A DNA stretch of 61,623 nt, counting the filler, from Choristocarpus tenellus KU-1152 (taxonomy: Eukaryota > Protista > Phaeophyceae), in assembly GCA_964200185.2 (NCBI GenBank). It is 10 parts of 10 records of this genome, joined end to end, with 100 filler letters (N's around TTAATTAATTAA, not from the genome) between each part and the next. Parts side by side here need not be neighbours in the genome. Positions count along the whole stretch, not along the records: positions 1 to 8,122 come from CAXNAD020005112.1; positions 8,223 to 13,810 come from CAXNAD020010330.1; 8 more parts are not named here. One strand, 5' to 3'. The translations under genes and the position numbers were made by a program. The notes below the pieces were generated by a model. That model was not told the origin of the DNA. It was given only the letters and a program-made list of their open reading frames with translations, and did no database searches. Numbering within the stretch: position 1 is the stretch's first letter; each line of letters begins with the position of its first letter. Of the stretch, positions 1-12,501 are shown piece after piece.

Positions 1-77
1 GTAAAACACACTTTTCCTGATTTTGACCCAAATGGACACCCTGGTGTAGACCCCCCTCCCCCCAGATACTTCGGGTT
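1..77 (-). mobile_element. MITE family A, terminal fragment (truncated by window start)
   Basis: Reverse complement matches 52636-52712 and the left end of 781-964 (AAGTATCTGGG...TCTACACCAGGGTGTCCATTTGGGTCAAAATCAGGAAAAGTG). Confidence 0.8.
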
Positions 78-780
78 GCAATTCAGGATAGTGTGACTGG
101 CTCTAAATTGAGGTCAAAGCTTGGTTGCACCATCCAGATAATACACGTAATGGCCAAACTCCTCTGATGCTCGTGGTTTCACACTTAGAGGTGTGATCTA
201 TAGTATGGAATATGCTGAGTTTGGATGATAGTCACGTTTACTGAAGAGTTTCAAGAGGAAGTTTTCAGAGTCTTACCAGCCGCAGGAACGGAACAGGTAC
301 GTACACTCACCAAAGAAAAAAGAGTTTACAAAATTTTGGAAGGATGAATTTGTGTTCATCTTGGGATCAGATTGCCAATGTCGTGAAGAGACGAGTAATT
401 GATGCCGTATTTCAATGGGAGCGGGAAGGTATGAAAAGTAGACGAAGGTCAGTTTTGGTGGAGTGAAACAGTTATCCAGAGAGAGAGAGAGAGTCGACTA
501 GGGGTGCATACTAGGCAGAGCAGATAGTGGTTCTCGAAAATGTATGCGAAACATCTACATTCTCATGTATTATAATAGAACAAACTCATCAGCCAACTAC
601 AGTCAGTCGTAGTAGAGTAGTACTATTATAGTGGGAGTCTTGATAGTGCTTGTACCACTAGATGTCAAGTTTGCAAAGATTGGTTTGTTTGTGTGTGTGG
701 TGCTGGAAGAGCTCTTCTGTTTGCTAGACGCCACATACATGATCTACAACCACCTCCCCCACACAGAAAACTTCTCTGAA

Positions 781-964
781 GGCTCAAAGTATCTGGGGGG
801 AGGGGAGGGGGGGGGTCTACCGTAGGGTGTCTATTTGGGTCATGACCAGGAAAAGTGCACTCATAGTATCCATCCGACACATGCAACCAAATCACCCAAA
901 CATTGCGACATGGAAAAATGGGCCCCAAATGGACAGCCGCCACCCCACCCAGATACTTTGAGCC
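781..964 (+). mobile_element. MITE family A, full copy
   Basis: Perfect 17-bp TIR GGCTCAAAGTATCTGGG / CCCAGATACTTTGAGCC. Flanks are TGAA and AGAA (4-bp TSD with one mismatch). Collinear with 10729-10909. Confidence 0.85.
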
Positions 965-1149
965 AGAACATACAATGAGTAATGTGGGGTTTTCTGTACT
1001 CGTTTACTGCTTCGAAATTACATTAGGAACCAGAATTTGTAAAATTACCATGTAATAAAAGTATATCTGTAACTTTCCCCCCATCCATCTAGTTTTTACC
1101 CCTTCAAAGTGGAAAACTGTAGCTTACTCCATTGCACAAAGGAATTGAG

Positions 1150-1750
1150 TATTAATAAGAATAATCCAACCAACATGTAAGGCTTAGCAGCCGAAACAAG
1201 TACGATCGGGAATTATCTATGTCCAAGGAAGGATGCACTAGATGTCTTTCCTATGGATACATGGAAGTTAGGATCCCCTGTCCAGTTATTCAATTGTAGC
1301 CCTCAAAGATTTTGATCCTTGCGGCATTGGAAAAAAGCTCCCTTGGCTTGGTTCTCTTCCTCTTCGGAATTGAGATCAATTTCTTGCACTGAAAAACTTG
1401 GTGTGGTTTGCTTGCACCGTAAATACAGTCTTGTGTATAGTAGTAGTGTTTATATGTGTGTGTAGTTCTCACCATACCAATCTAGTTGACGGCGTTGGTT
1501 CTTGATCTTATCCCTTCTGCTCTGTCGAGAGAATGGTGGCCTCCTCCAAATCACTTCGACCGATATAGCAGCTGTTGTTGGTGGTGCTGTTGTGTTTTCC
1601 TGATATCTTCAGATTGATTGCATTGTTGTCCCTTTTCACGTTGTGTGTCCAGTTGAACATCACTGACTGGATGAGTTGCATTTCTTCCCTTTTGCTATCT
1701 TGAGAAGTTCCTCCTTAAGGGTGAACCTGTGCTATCTGCTCACCACGTAC
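1150..1750 (-). pseudogene. Decayed LTR-retrotransposon gag/protease relic
   Basis: Minus strand gives CIYGASKPHQVFQC (CCHC knuckle spacing, second Cys replaced by Gly), then HVSIGK and, after a frameshift, LDIDNSRSYL (resembles retropepsin LDTGASxS). Stops and frameshifts present; boundaries approximate. Confidence 0.4.
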
Positions 1751-3343
1751 CAAAGTCATCCTTGTTTCTGATCTTCAAATCCAACACTTCTGATATCGTG
1801 AGTCACTATGATTCATTCGAGTTGATTAGTTTATTGAAGAATGATCAAAACTGTAATTCAAACCTTCCGATATTTCAATTATTCTCTCATGATTTAGTTA
1901 AATCGTCTTAATTTGACTTACAGCTTCATACCCCTCACCTCACGTACTGCTGCATACCCAATTCAATTCAGTGAAGTATGTAACATTATTGTATTATTTG
2001 GCCTACTGACATTTATTTGCAGTATGATATCATTGAGGGAAAAAAGATTTTTACAAAGAATGCACAAGAAATGAGAGCCTAGTCTGTATTACTTTCAGTG
2101 AAGGTCTTACAGTACACCAACCCCAACTACCTGAAGCGCATTTATTTGAAAACCCGACACCACCAAAACAACCAACAAACTCTTTAAGACACGGCTTAAA
2201 CTATACGCCTTAAACTATTCCTAAATTGGAACTATGAAGGGGGTCTTAAAATGATGGAAGAGTTCTACAAGTCTGTCAACCTCCGCCTTGTCTACTGTCC
2301 TGATGATTCTCCCTTCAAATGCTTGACACGCGATGAAATTGACACTTCAAAGGTGTACCTTAACGTGAAGGTGGCTCTCACATATGTTAGAAACGGGTTT
2401 ATTTTAGGATCTCCAACACAATGTAAGAAACCTTCCGAAGTGATATTCATTACACGCTCCACCTTTTCCCATTGCGTCAAGGTAATGTGGTGAGAGTCAG
2501 ATGCTCCACCCGAATCTCGGTAACTCGACATGATTGGTGGATGTGTTTCTGTTCTAAGTTGTCACACTCAATCACAGTGGGGATTGATAACATGTTACTC
2601 GGGGCCTTTCAACCCTAAACCACCATGTTTCAGTCCCATCTCTTACTTCCTTCTTGAACCTGTTCTCTGATACTCCTCACCACCCTACCTTTACAAAACT
2701 TGGTTGGTCAGCACATACATTTATATATCCATATATATATATTATTGTTATGCAATCACATATTTGGAGAGATGTCATGTGAAAACCAATGAAAACTATT
2801 TCAATAACGCCACAAAACCCCCTTCAAAAGTATTATTAGTTGACATATGCGAAAGACATCAATCCATATACTATTTTACTATCAGTTACACTGTTTACTG
2901 TACCTCCAATGTAGGTCAATGTCTTGAACTTTCTATCAAACTCTTAATGATGAGATGTAGATATATCCAAGGATTTTTTTTCACAACATAATGCCCGCTT
3001 GAACTTTCAAGTACGAATATTTTTCATTTCATGAGAAAGTATATTATTCCTGGTCTCTTCAATCTATCACCTCCTCTATATATGGCCTCTTTTCGTTCTT
3101 AATGCATTCTTCATACATACTAGATATTATAGTATTACCAAGGAAAGAGTCAAAGCTCACCAAGTCAAACAGACCTAAGGTTCACCACCTCTGTATTCCG
3201 ATATGATCATCATTCCAGAAGCAAAACTATTCTATAACCTATCCATACACAATGCAACAAGAATAAAGAACACATCATAAAGATCGTCCAACAACAACAG
3301 GCATTGCATCTCTCCCTTGTAGTGTAAGTTTAGGGGAGTTAAG

Positions 3344-5946
3344 ATGTGTCAGATACGAAGTCTTGTCGTCATGCGAATATCGAACCTTTCAGGTTGGGTA
3401 CTTGCCCTTGTCTCATTCTTGACGTCAAGCTGGACCAGGATTGATGTGGTAGCTATCAATATTTTGGGCTTTGTACCTGACTCCTCAAATGAAGATTATT
3501 TCAGTCTATCCGAGGGCTTGAATTCTGTCCTTAGTCTGGCTGTAGCGGAGGTCAACGCCAACAATGGAACTTATCTGACTGGAGAGCTAAGTATTACCTT
3601 CGTGCCTACGAATGGTGTTGAGATAGCTACCCTTCACGAGACTTGTGTCGCTCTTGACCAAGGTAGGGGCGTGTATGGTGCCGTTGGGCCCCTGAGTCCC
3701 AGTGATGCGTCATTGTTGGGATCGGCTTCTAGCTCCTATGCATCCCTTCCTATCGTCACATACGGAGCGCCAACAGCGAATGATGACGTTGCCGGAGACA
3801 GTCAGAGCTACCTTTTTCAAGTCCAACCAAATGGGTATTCGCAGATGAAGGCCTTGGCCCAGCTCATCGTCGAGATGAAGGCGGCGAGGGATACGCTGAG
3901 AGGCACTGTCTGGTCAGAGGTACCTCACTTTATCACTAGGCATTGGAGAAGGCAATCTGTATCTCTGTTAAGAAGGAAGGGGTTGTCGACAGTGTTGTTG
4001 TCAACATGTTCAAGCTATCACCAATTTACAGGATTAAAATCTGTTGCCTGTCTCTCATGTCTACAATCAACCCATCGAACTACACTCATACCTTCCTCGA
4101 CCAGGAAAACATTGGTGTTGTGGCCGTGGGTGAATACGGGGAAGGAGCTCGTGATATCTTGACCGCCGTGTTGCTGGAATTTTCTAGTACTAACTCTACT
4201 GAGACTATTACAATCAAAGCCAGGCAAGCAGCTTTATTGGTAAGGTGATGGTTTGGGGAGGGAGATTCTGCTTGACCGTGTTTTCAACTGCCAACCTATA
4301 CAAACCAGACAACGCCATTTCACCTCACCTGCTTGTCTGCATTGACAGTCCTTCCTTCCACTGGAATCAATTTATTCTCGTCTATTCCCAACTCGCTAAC
4401 TTAGTATCTTGGCGCTTCTTTGCCATCATCAATTGGGAATTGTGGACCAGCTCAAATGTGGCTGAGGATGCCGTTCACTCCGTGGAGTCGGCGGACATCG
4501 CTGAGGCGGTTTTATCAATGAATTTGGACGACATCAGCATTATCGTTGTACTGGCGGGGGGCCAGAATGCTCGAATAGTCCGTGCATTGCTACATGAGGT
4601 AGGCGTATAAATAGAAGAAAAGCGAATGGTGCCATCCCTTTGGGCTCACTGTGCGGAGTTGTGTTGCTTAAACTTCACTTGAGGAGAAGTGTTTTGCTAG
4701 AGGGTGCTAAATGTACATCTTTCCGCAAGAGATGTGAATTTATTTTTGATCAGCCGTTGGACTGAGTTACGACACAGTCACGAAAAACATACTTTGTGGA
4801 GGGAGGCTACCTTGTATTCCCCATTTTTTTGTTCTTGGGCTGAGTTTCTGATGTCCCCCTGTGTGCTGCTGGGTACTACCACTCTACTGACAGCTCATCC
4901 CTCCGTTCTTCTCTTTTCTCATCACGTTACGAGTTACGAAATGGTTTCCTGAATGTAGTCATCTCTTGCAGTCACACAGTTGATCACCTCTACCTGCACT
5001 GTTCTCTCAGGCGCTAGACCAAGGCCTTGTTTCAGAAAAAGTACAGTGGTACTTTGGAGATGGGATATCTTTTGATGGTTTATTTGACGTCAATGCTACC
5101 TACCGTGATGCAGACCTCGCGTATAGCATGAGAGGGTCCCTGGGAGTAAGGCCTTGCTCTCCGATCACAGGTGAAGCTTGTACTCATGGTGTGAAGTATT
5201 ACCTGGTTGTGCTTTTCCTGATTGAGCAGGTCGCTGATTCGAGTCGCAGTGAGAAAGTGAACTTTACTTCCTTGATCCCCCAAGGGGCCTTGTGTGGAAT
5301 GACTCAGAACACTTGCTGAGTTTCTCGAGTCAGATGCACTTCGATAGTTTGGACCTTTTCACAAGTCAGCATGGCAGTGTGATTAGAGTTATATTTTGTT
5401 TTGTTTTTATTTGCGCTGTTTCTTTCATTTTGATCTGGAAAAGTGAGGCTCTGTGAGACCAATTGGGTGCCTGCTCAGACGGCCCTTTCTGGTTTTTACT
5501 TCATGGAGATTCATGGAGATACGTCTCTGAGATACATAATCAACCCTACCAACAGCGCTCTTGCATGTCCTGATTGACTGACACATTGTTGCACCAAGCC
5601 CTTCGCACTCGTCTGGCTGTGTTGTTCCAATTGTTAATTGTTCCAGTGTTAATTGTTCCAATGTTAATCGTTGACACCAAACAGAAGTGGGCACTTGCTT
5701 GCGTGTCTGCCGTCGTCTCTCTTCACCCTTTGCAGGAACTGGCAAGGAACAAGCAGATGCTCTGAAGGACCTATGGGCAGGGCTTAATACAACAGAGTAT
5801 GCTGGGGGGGGCGAGCTTTTAGTAGATGGAAGGCTAGAGCCTATGTACTCCTTTGCGTACGACTCGGTGATAACGCTGGCTAAGGCTATTGGTGCAGCCC
5901 AGACAGCAGCCGGAGGAGCAGATCTGCTTCTCCCCTACAGTGAGAG
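3344..5946 (+). CDS. Secreted/membrane receptor with Venus-flytrap (ANF_receptor, periplasmic-binding type 1) domain; class C GPCR / iGluR-ATD / receptor-cyclase-like, 3' incomplete
   Basis: Exons 3344-3919, 4105-4223, 4451-4598, 5011-5170, 5736-5946 join in phase. Hydrophobic N-terminus, then LAVAEVN, GVYGAVGP, LPIVTYGA, YLFQVQP..QMKALAQLI, and YSFAYDSVITLAKAI, all typical of this domain. Confidence 0.8.
5620..5667. repeat. Intronic tandem repeat, about 15 bp x3
   Basis: TGTTCCA(A/G)TGTTAAT repeated. Confidence 0.7.
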
Positions 5947-6348
5947 GTGGGATTCTCATTGCACGAACTTGATTTGCAGTTGGAGTAGGTGTTCCTAGGG
6001 ATTGGCATTTGAAGAACGCATTACTTGTTACATAAGCATTTGTTTTTGTTGGTCCATTGTGGGTTAGGGTTAGGGTTTGGTCATTGGTGAGGGACAAATT
6101 AGATAGTGAGCTATGCGTCCCTAACCCTAGACCTCAAGTCGGTTTTTGGTTTTAAGAGGGGAGGTGGTGGAGGAAAGAAAGCAATTTGAGGTAGTGTGCA
6201 ACACACAAGATGCCTGCCTTGTGGTCCAATTTGCTAATGGCCGCATCATTTGATTGGGGCCGGTGAGGCATGACATTGTTCCAGGGGTGTGAATCTCTTG
6301 AACAATGCCATCAACTGGGAAAATCATTCTCTCCTTTGTTTGAACCAC

Positions 6349-6512
6349 AAATTGTTTGGACCATAAACTGTTCAGACCATGAATTGTTTGGACCATGAAC
6401 TGTTTGGACCATGAATTATTTGGACCATGAATTATTTGGACTGTGAACTGTTTGGACCATGAACTGTTTGGACCATGAATTATTTGGAACATGAACTGTT
6501 TGGACCATGAAC
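6349..6512. repeat. 16-bp minisatellite, about 10 copies
   Basis: TGTTTGGACCATGAA(C/T) units. Confidence 0.9.
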
Positions 6513-8122
6513 TGCGGTATGAATCCTCTAAGAGTGTGTCATCATAAGTAGACTTCCTCACATGTCATCAGCCTGCGTGCCGGTTGGGTTAGTTTACACA
6601 TGTTCTGTTACCGTTATTCCGTTGGCCGTTAACTTCCTCGGAGACTGTTGGTGGACACAAGTGCGCTCTTTGTTGACGTAAAAAGAGAGCTGTTGCAGGC
6701 TATGTAGGTAGAGTGCTTGCAGAGTTAATTGTCTCTCAAGGCTGTGTGCATATTCTGCTGTCAATGCTATTTCCGGGAGAAGGTTCTTAGTTGTCAAGCA
6801 TAGCTTCTTAGGCAGCAGTTGCCAAGGCAATGTGTTTTGCCTCCTGTAGTGGGTGTCACTATGATGATGTCACTATGATGAAATCACCGCAATGATGGCA
6901 TCATGATGGATTGTCCCTTTGATGATCATAAAATTGCTACGCCTGTCGGTGGGAAGATGTAACCTCCAGTTGATATTCGATTTTGATGTACAAATTTGGC
7001 TCATTTAATTTGTTTGGCCATGATGATGCTAGCTATGCAAGCAATTCTGCTACCATGAGATCAAGAGGAGGTTACGCCCTACCACTGGCAGGTATGGCAG
7101 TCATGTGTTCATCAAAAAGACAACATATCATGGCAGCATCCGTTCCAGAGGCAGAGTGCACTTCTATATATATATATATATATATATATAGATGATTGGT
7201 TCAAGGGATGCAGTCACTCTGTAGTGTTCCCATACCTCCTCCAATGTACCACAATTTATAACAATCTTTTTGGACAAGAGAAACCCCAACCAATGCAAAC
7301 GTTGTAGTATTATTATTATTATTATTATTATTGGTTACGATGTGAGGTTTAGGGAACTTGTGTAATGCACACCGAATATATATTTATTCTGAGAATGAGA
7401 ATAGAATAGAATAGAATAGAAGTTTACTTATTCAGGGGGGCTTCAGTGGGCAATCACGCCATCACTGGTATGATCACTCAGGGATCTCGTGAGGACAAAA
7501 GGCAATATGGTGTTATCACTGGCACTTCGTTTTCATTTGATTGATTGAGTTGGGTGATGCCCTGGGTCTCCGTTTTGTGAAGATGCTGAGTTCATGCATG
7601 GACTACAGTACAGTATCCTAGAGGATGGGGGGGGTTGGAGAAGGCCATCCATTCAGAGCTTGGTAGGGGGTTGGGAAAACATTCTAGGTTGGGGTACCTT
7701 ATTGTAGACTAGGTTGGGATACCTTATTTGTGGACGATTTCCTTTTGGGTTTTGGTTACAGGCATTGGAAATGGAAGAAGGAGGTACATCTAGGTGAAGG
7801 AAAGTGCTCGTGCATGTAACGGATGGTTGACCTCCCCCCAACAGTGAACTATTGTAGGCCTCATGCGACAATGCCCTGGTGGTATATTAGAGTATAGCAT
7901 CTCAACATGAGATATGGTGCATACCCCAATGGAGTAGGAGGTGGGTCCCATTTTGCCGGGTGTACTGTCAACCCCTACAACACACCCTTGACCTCGGAAA
8001 ACCACTTGCAATGGTGCTTTTTTTAAGTTAGTTTAAAGCGTGTTTTTATTGCTTTTATTTGGTGTACTATTGTACCATTCTAGTTAGGGTTGGGGTTAGT
8101 AGGGGGGGGGGGGAAGGGGGGG

Positions 8123-8222
8123 NNNNNNNNNNNNNNNNNNNNNNNNNNNNNNNNNNNNNNNNNNNNTTAATTAATTAANNNNNNNNNNNNNNNNNNNNNN
8201 NNNNNNNNNNNNNNNNNNNNNN
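8123..8222. other. Artificial contig spacer (also 13811-13910, 22047-22146, 29671-29770, 37419-37518, 44055-44154, 49302-49401, 52713-52812, 55910-56009)
   Basis: Identical 100-nt N-run with a central TTAATTAATTAA, which gives stops in all six frames. Confidence 0.97.
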
Positions 8223-8299
8223 AAATCACCAAAAAAACGCGACATGAAAAAATTGACCCCAAATGGACAGCCGCCACCCCCCTTCAGATACTTTGACCC
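8223..8299 (+). mobile_element. MITE family A, right-end fragment at contig start
   Basis: CCCCAAATGGACAGCCGCCACCCC...CAGATACTTTGACCC matches the right end of 781-964. Confidence 0.8.
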
Positions 8300-8962
8300 A
8301 GTGATGAAAACACAGGCAAGCAATTACATCATTGTACAACATCGCCATAGGCTAACATCCAAACATGGTTCCCTACATCAAACACACAACCTAGACTCTC
8401 ACAGATCTTACCGACGTTTGACAGTTTCACAACGAACATTGTCACAGGGTTCTCCGGTTCTTTAGAGGTTGCGGAGTTGCTTGTCGAGCAGATTGATTCA
8501 TACTTTCGCTCTGTTCTACCGATCGACAGAACCTGGCAAAGAAGGGAAATTTTGTCGCAGTTACATGCTAGTCCTATACGCATCCTCTTCACCCTATGTT
8601 ACCAGCCCTATTTGTAATCCCGTTTTATGGGCTCGAATAATCCACCCAAGTTTAACAAACCGCTAGTACTGTGATCCATCCATCCTTTCCTCAGCCCCTG
8701 CCTCCTCCTCTGTATCCTGCCTCGCTTACTCCTTCTCGCGAACCTCTAACACCTCCTCCTGTTGTTTTGACCCCTACTTCGCCACGTCCTTTGCCTACTC
8801 CTCCACCATCGCAGAGATAACTAGAGTCACAACCATCATGATCACCCCAGACAAGAACGACACATCCGAGCACGACCACGAGAAGTTCAAGTCTGAAACG
8901 AGCGCCACTCACGAGAGAGAAGTCGCCCTTCTCCAGATCCGACCAGGAGGCATGGTAATCAC

Positions 8963-10400
8963 ATGCACCACCCTCGGGGACAACCTATAGATCCCGATCG
9001 TATCAAATTCCTCATAGACGAACTCTCCACCTTCCGCAATTTTGCACTAGTGAAGACACCAGTAGCTGGTGGCGTGTCCACGCCTATACCCTGCGGAAGA
9101 CCCAACCCACCAGGTGATGAAGAGGAGCGAAAGTATCTTAGAGGGTACGAGTTTTTCCCTGCTTGTCTATTTAGGGCTTGGCTTCCCATGAGTTTTTAAT
9201 GACATTTTACCTACTCCGAAATGTGCCGGAGTAGGTAAAATGTAGATGTTATGAAAAGGTGTGTCCGGAACAAGGATATTGGCATTTCCTAACAAACATG
9301 ATAGCCAAAATTACGTCAAAATCGGAACATTGAATTTTAGACCCCAAATGGACGGGGCTCTATCTTCTAAGATATTTTGACTCAAAGGAATAAGATAGCC
9401 CATTGCCTAGCCCTGCAGTAGGTACTGGAAGCAGGACTCTACGAGGGGGGAGGCATACAATCACACCCTCGGAACATGACTCTGAAGGCGATGGGGGCCG
9501 ACCCGTTTGTGACGATTTGTCATGTCCAGAGGAACGTACACAGCAGGACGTGAGGGGGCGGCTAGGCATGGACTCAGAGTCCACGCCAGTCAGGAGTGAC
9601 CCATGTATGTCCCCGAGCGCCCATTCGGTGGGCAGCGGCGGCGGCAAGTCACAAAAGGGAGGGAACAACTTCGACCATAGTGTGAGGCGGAGTGAGAACC
9701 GCGTCAATGCCGATCCTACCCCAACCTCGAGGGACAACCCTTCCGAGAAGGGCAAAGGGAAGTGGAAAAGGACGCTGATTAGGAAGAAGAGGGTTAGAGA
9801 AGACTCTGAAGACGATGTGGACCGATCCGATTGTGAGGCTTTCTCATGTCCAGAGGAACTCGTAAAGGAGGACGTGAGGGGGCAGCTAGGCAAGGACTCA
9901 GAGTTCACACCTGTCGGGAGTGACCCCGGAATGTCCCCAAACTCACATGGTGATGAGGATCGCGTCACACAGGACGCGGCCGACTCCGGCAATGCATCCG
10001 ATGTGGGGATCACCAAAGCCTTCATGGAGGCGTGCGTTACCGAGCTCCTACGATCAGCAACAAATCCTGCTTCTTCACAGTATCGAGTGCAGACTTAAAT
10101 CCTCACCCAAGTCATATACGACCATGGGTTCAGGCTCATCGAGGCCGGTAAAGGGACCGTTTCTCTTGTTTTCGGGGATTAATGCTACGTCCACGAGCCC
10201 ACACCACCATGCATCACAACATATACCAAGATCTAATGCAGTCGCAACGATGAATTAATCTTCACAAATGACAGACACCAGTACCAGGTCCAGATCTTGG
10301 CTTGAACAACCTCTTGTGCGTTATGCCGTTCATCAATGGAGTTTGAAATGAAAAATAATTGAATCCAACACTTGCGACACACATATTGTATACTATACAC
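8963..10400 (+). pseudogene. Decayed ORF, probably transposon-derived, with an internal ~137-bp duplication and a BED/C2H2-like motif; interrupted by a MITE
   Basis: ORF 8963 and ORF 9403 are in frame after removing the MITE plus one TSD. 9478-9614 is duplicated at 9802-9938. Downstream in-frame translation gives CALC-RSSMEFEMKNN*IQ-HLRHTYC through stops. Confidence 0.45.
9125..9383 (+). mobile_element. MITE family B, full copy
   Basis: TIR GAGCGAAAGTATCTTAGAGG / CTTCTAAGATATTTTGACTC; flanks AGAG and AAAG. Collinear with 44987-45244. Confidence 0.85.
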
Positions 10401-10728
10401 ACTCCAACTCAGCTTCAAGCAGGTTGGAGGTGAAGACAGAAGTCATGGATGTCGATTTGATCCTGACTAAACTTTTTGGTACATGTCTATTGTTGAGGGG
10501 CGCAGAAGTTGAGCTTTGGCAACCAGCTTGTCACCAGTAACATACATCAGTACAGTCCTGAGGAGTGGACTGAAGACTCTGGTCTGTTGAGCAGCATCCC
10601 CTTGAGGTTCTCAACTCACTTCCGACAATTGACTCTAGAGCCTTTAGCTAGATCCTTGGTAAGTTCCTATGGCAGCTCCAGTAAACCCAACCGCCAGAAG
10701 AGGCATAACATAATAAAGGTGTCATGAT

Positions 10729-10909
10729 GGCTCAAAGTATCTATCTGGGGTGAGGGGGTCTACACCAGGGTGTCCGTTCGGGTCCTGACCAGGAGAAGTG
10801 CACTTACATTATCCATCTGACGCATGCAACCAAATCAACCAAACATTGTGACACGAAAAAATGGGCCCCGAATGGACGGCCGCCACCCCTCCCCCGAATA
10901 CTTTGAACC
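10729..10909 (+). mobile_element. MITE family A, full copy with perfect TGAT TSD
   Basis: GGCTCAAAGTAT...ATACTTTGAACC flanked by TGAT at 10725-10728 and 10910-10913. Confidence 0.88.
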
Positions 10910-12233
10910 TGATCTGGTCCTTTTAATATATAAATGTCGGTCGATGTCTATTACGGACATGGTGCGTATCTTTCACTCTGCGGAAACGGGAGTTTCAGCA
11001 CATGAGGTGGCGCTGTGGAAGGAGAAAGTGATATAGTTTGGAGCACAATGTAAGCTGAACAATGATTTTTCCAGTGACATGTGTCAAGTTGCTTTATACA
11101 ACCAGGGAGGCTATATATCTAAAACAGGCCTACCTCTAAGATAATATGCATCGAAGCGAGTTCAGAAACGGGAGGGGGTGCTGCTCAATCAACAGGGTGT
11201 AATTAACCCTTGAGGACCTACTACATTGGCAGTATATATGGTCAACAAGCTTGGTCACCAATGATCTACTGCCTTAGGCAAAAACAAATGACGACAACAC
11301 GATACTCTGGAAGATGTTCACACCCTGGGTGGCTCCCACCTTCACTACCAGGCTCCTTGAAGCTGGGAAAGTTATTTTCTCGTACAATGCATGCTCCGTG
11401 GTTTAAGAGGAGCTAAGAATTTATCAGTGAATGGTACTACACATGGAGGACGTCAAGGACAATACTCCTTGGAATCGGTCCCAGCGTCTATTGTGTGTCG
11501 TCTGTCATGATGTTATTGATTGTTGTGTCGTTAACCTTGTTTATCATTAAGAAATACAGTTTATTGATCTTTTTGTAATGCTCTTTTGTGCATGTCACAT
11601 CAGTATGTTTTTTACATTTCAACCTGTTCCTTTGCCTTGACAAGATTAGGGCCTGCATTAGATCTTGGCATATGTTGTGATATATAGTGGTGCAAACTTG
11701 AACCGATTGCTTTGTATTCTCACCTGAGTTCTTTCTTGCTTCTGAGTTTGTCGTGTATTTCATAATTGAGTTTCTCTATTTTATTCCTCTCATCTCGTTT
11801 GTTGTTTTGTTCGTTATACAATTAACCACTGATTCTGCATTTCCTCGTTTGGTATCATTGGAGTACTCATCTCTTGTCTTGCCAGATATGCTACACTCTT
11901 TTTGTACTAGTATTGTCCTTTTCTTGAGGTGATATATTGTCTTCGACCAGAGGCCCGAGCATGTTGTCTCTTTCGTCTTATTTCTCCATGACAACGTCTA
12001 TCTCCAAAAATACTACGATCATCATTGCACCAAGCATGGAACTTGTATAGACTAATGAATTAAATCCATCAATCAAATATCAACCACCAGTACGACACCA
12101 ATCAATCAAGGGTGATGTCAAGGCAAAGAAGCAAACAAATGCCCCTATGGCAACATATCTGATGAATCGAGTGTGAGTTGGTTGCTTCGTGATACTAAAG
12201 AAGATGAAGAGGCGAAATACAATAAGTATAAAA

Positions 12234-12305
12234 CGACCGCGCCGGGAATCAAACCTGAATCTCACCCGTGACAGGGGCAAGTGCTAACCATTATACCACG
12301 AAGCC
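12234..12305 (-). tRNA. tRNA-Asp(GTC), probably a pseudogene
   Basis: Minus strand reads GGCTTCGTGGTATAATGGTTAGCACTTGCCCCTGTCACGGGTGAGATTCAGGTTTGATTCCCGGCGCGGTCG followed by TTTT. Cloverleaf with GTC anticodon and an A box, but the T-loop is TTTGA and the acceptor and T stems carry mismatches. Confidence 0.8.
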
Positions 12306-12501
12306 GTTAGATTTGTACACTCATGTCTTATTTTAAAACGTTTACCCCATCTTACCGTCGTTATCGACAAAACACAGAAGGAAATTATATTTTTATCATT
12401 ATGCCATCTCACATTTTGGAGATGTGTTTACTGTACCATATATTATATTATTGTGCCCTCTCACATTTTGGGGGGGTGTCGAGGGAGAATCCAATGAAAG
12501 G

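Noticed and set aside
2251-2493. 80-aa ORF with protein-like composition
   Set aside because: No family recognised and no splice or homology support.
3920-4162. Programmed frameshift between ORFs 3344 and 3943
   Set aside because: Explained by a GT-AG intron at 3920-4104.
8167-8178. Recurrent TTAATTAATTAA as a biological motif
   Set aside because: It is always centred in identical N-runs, so it is an assembly linker.
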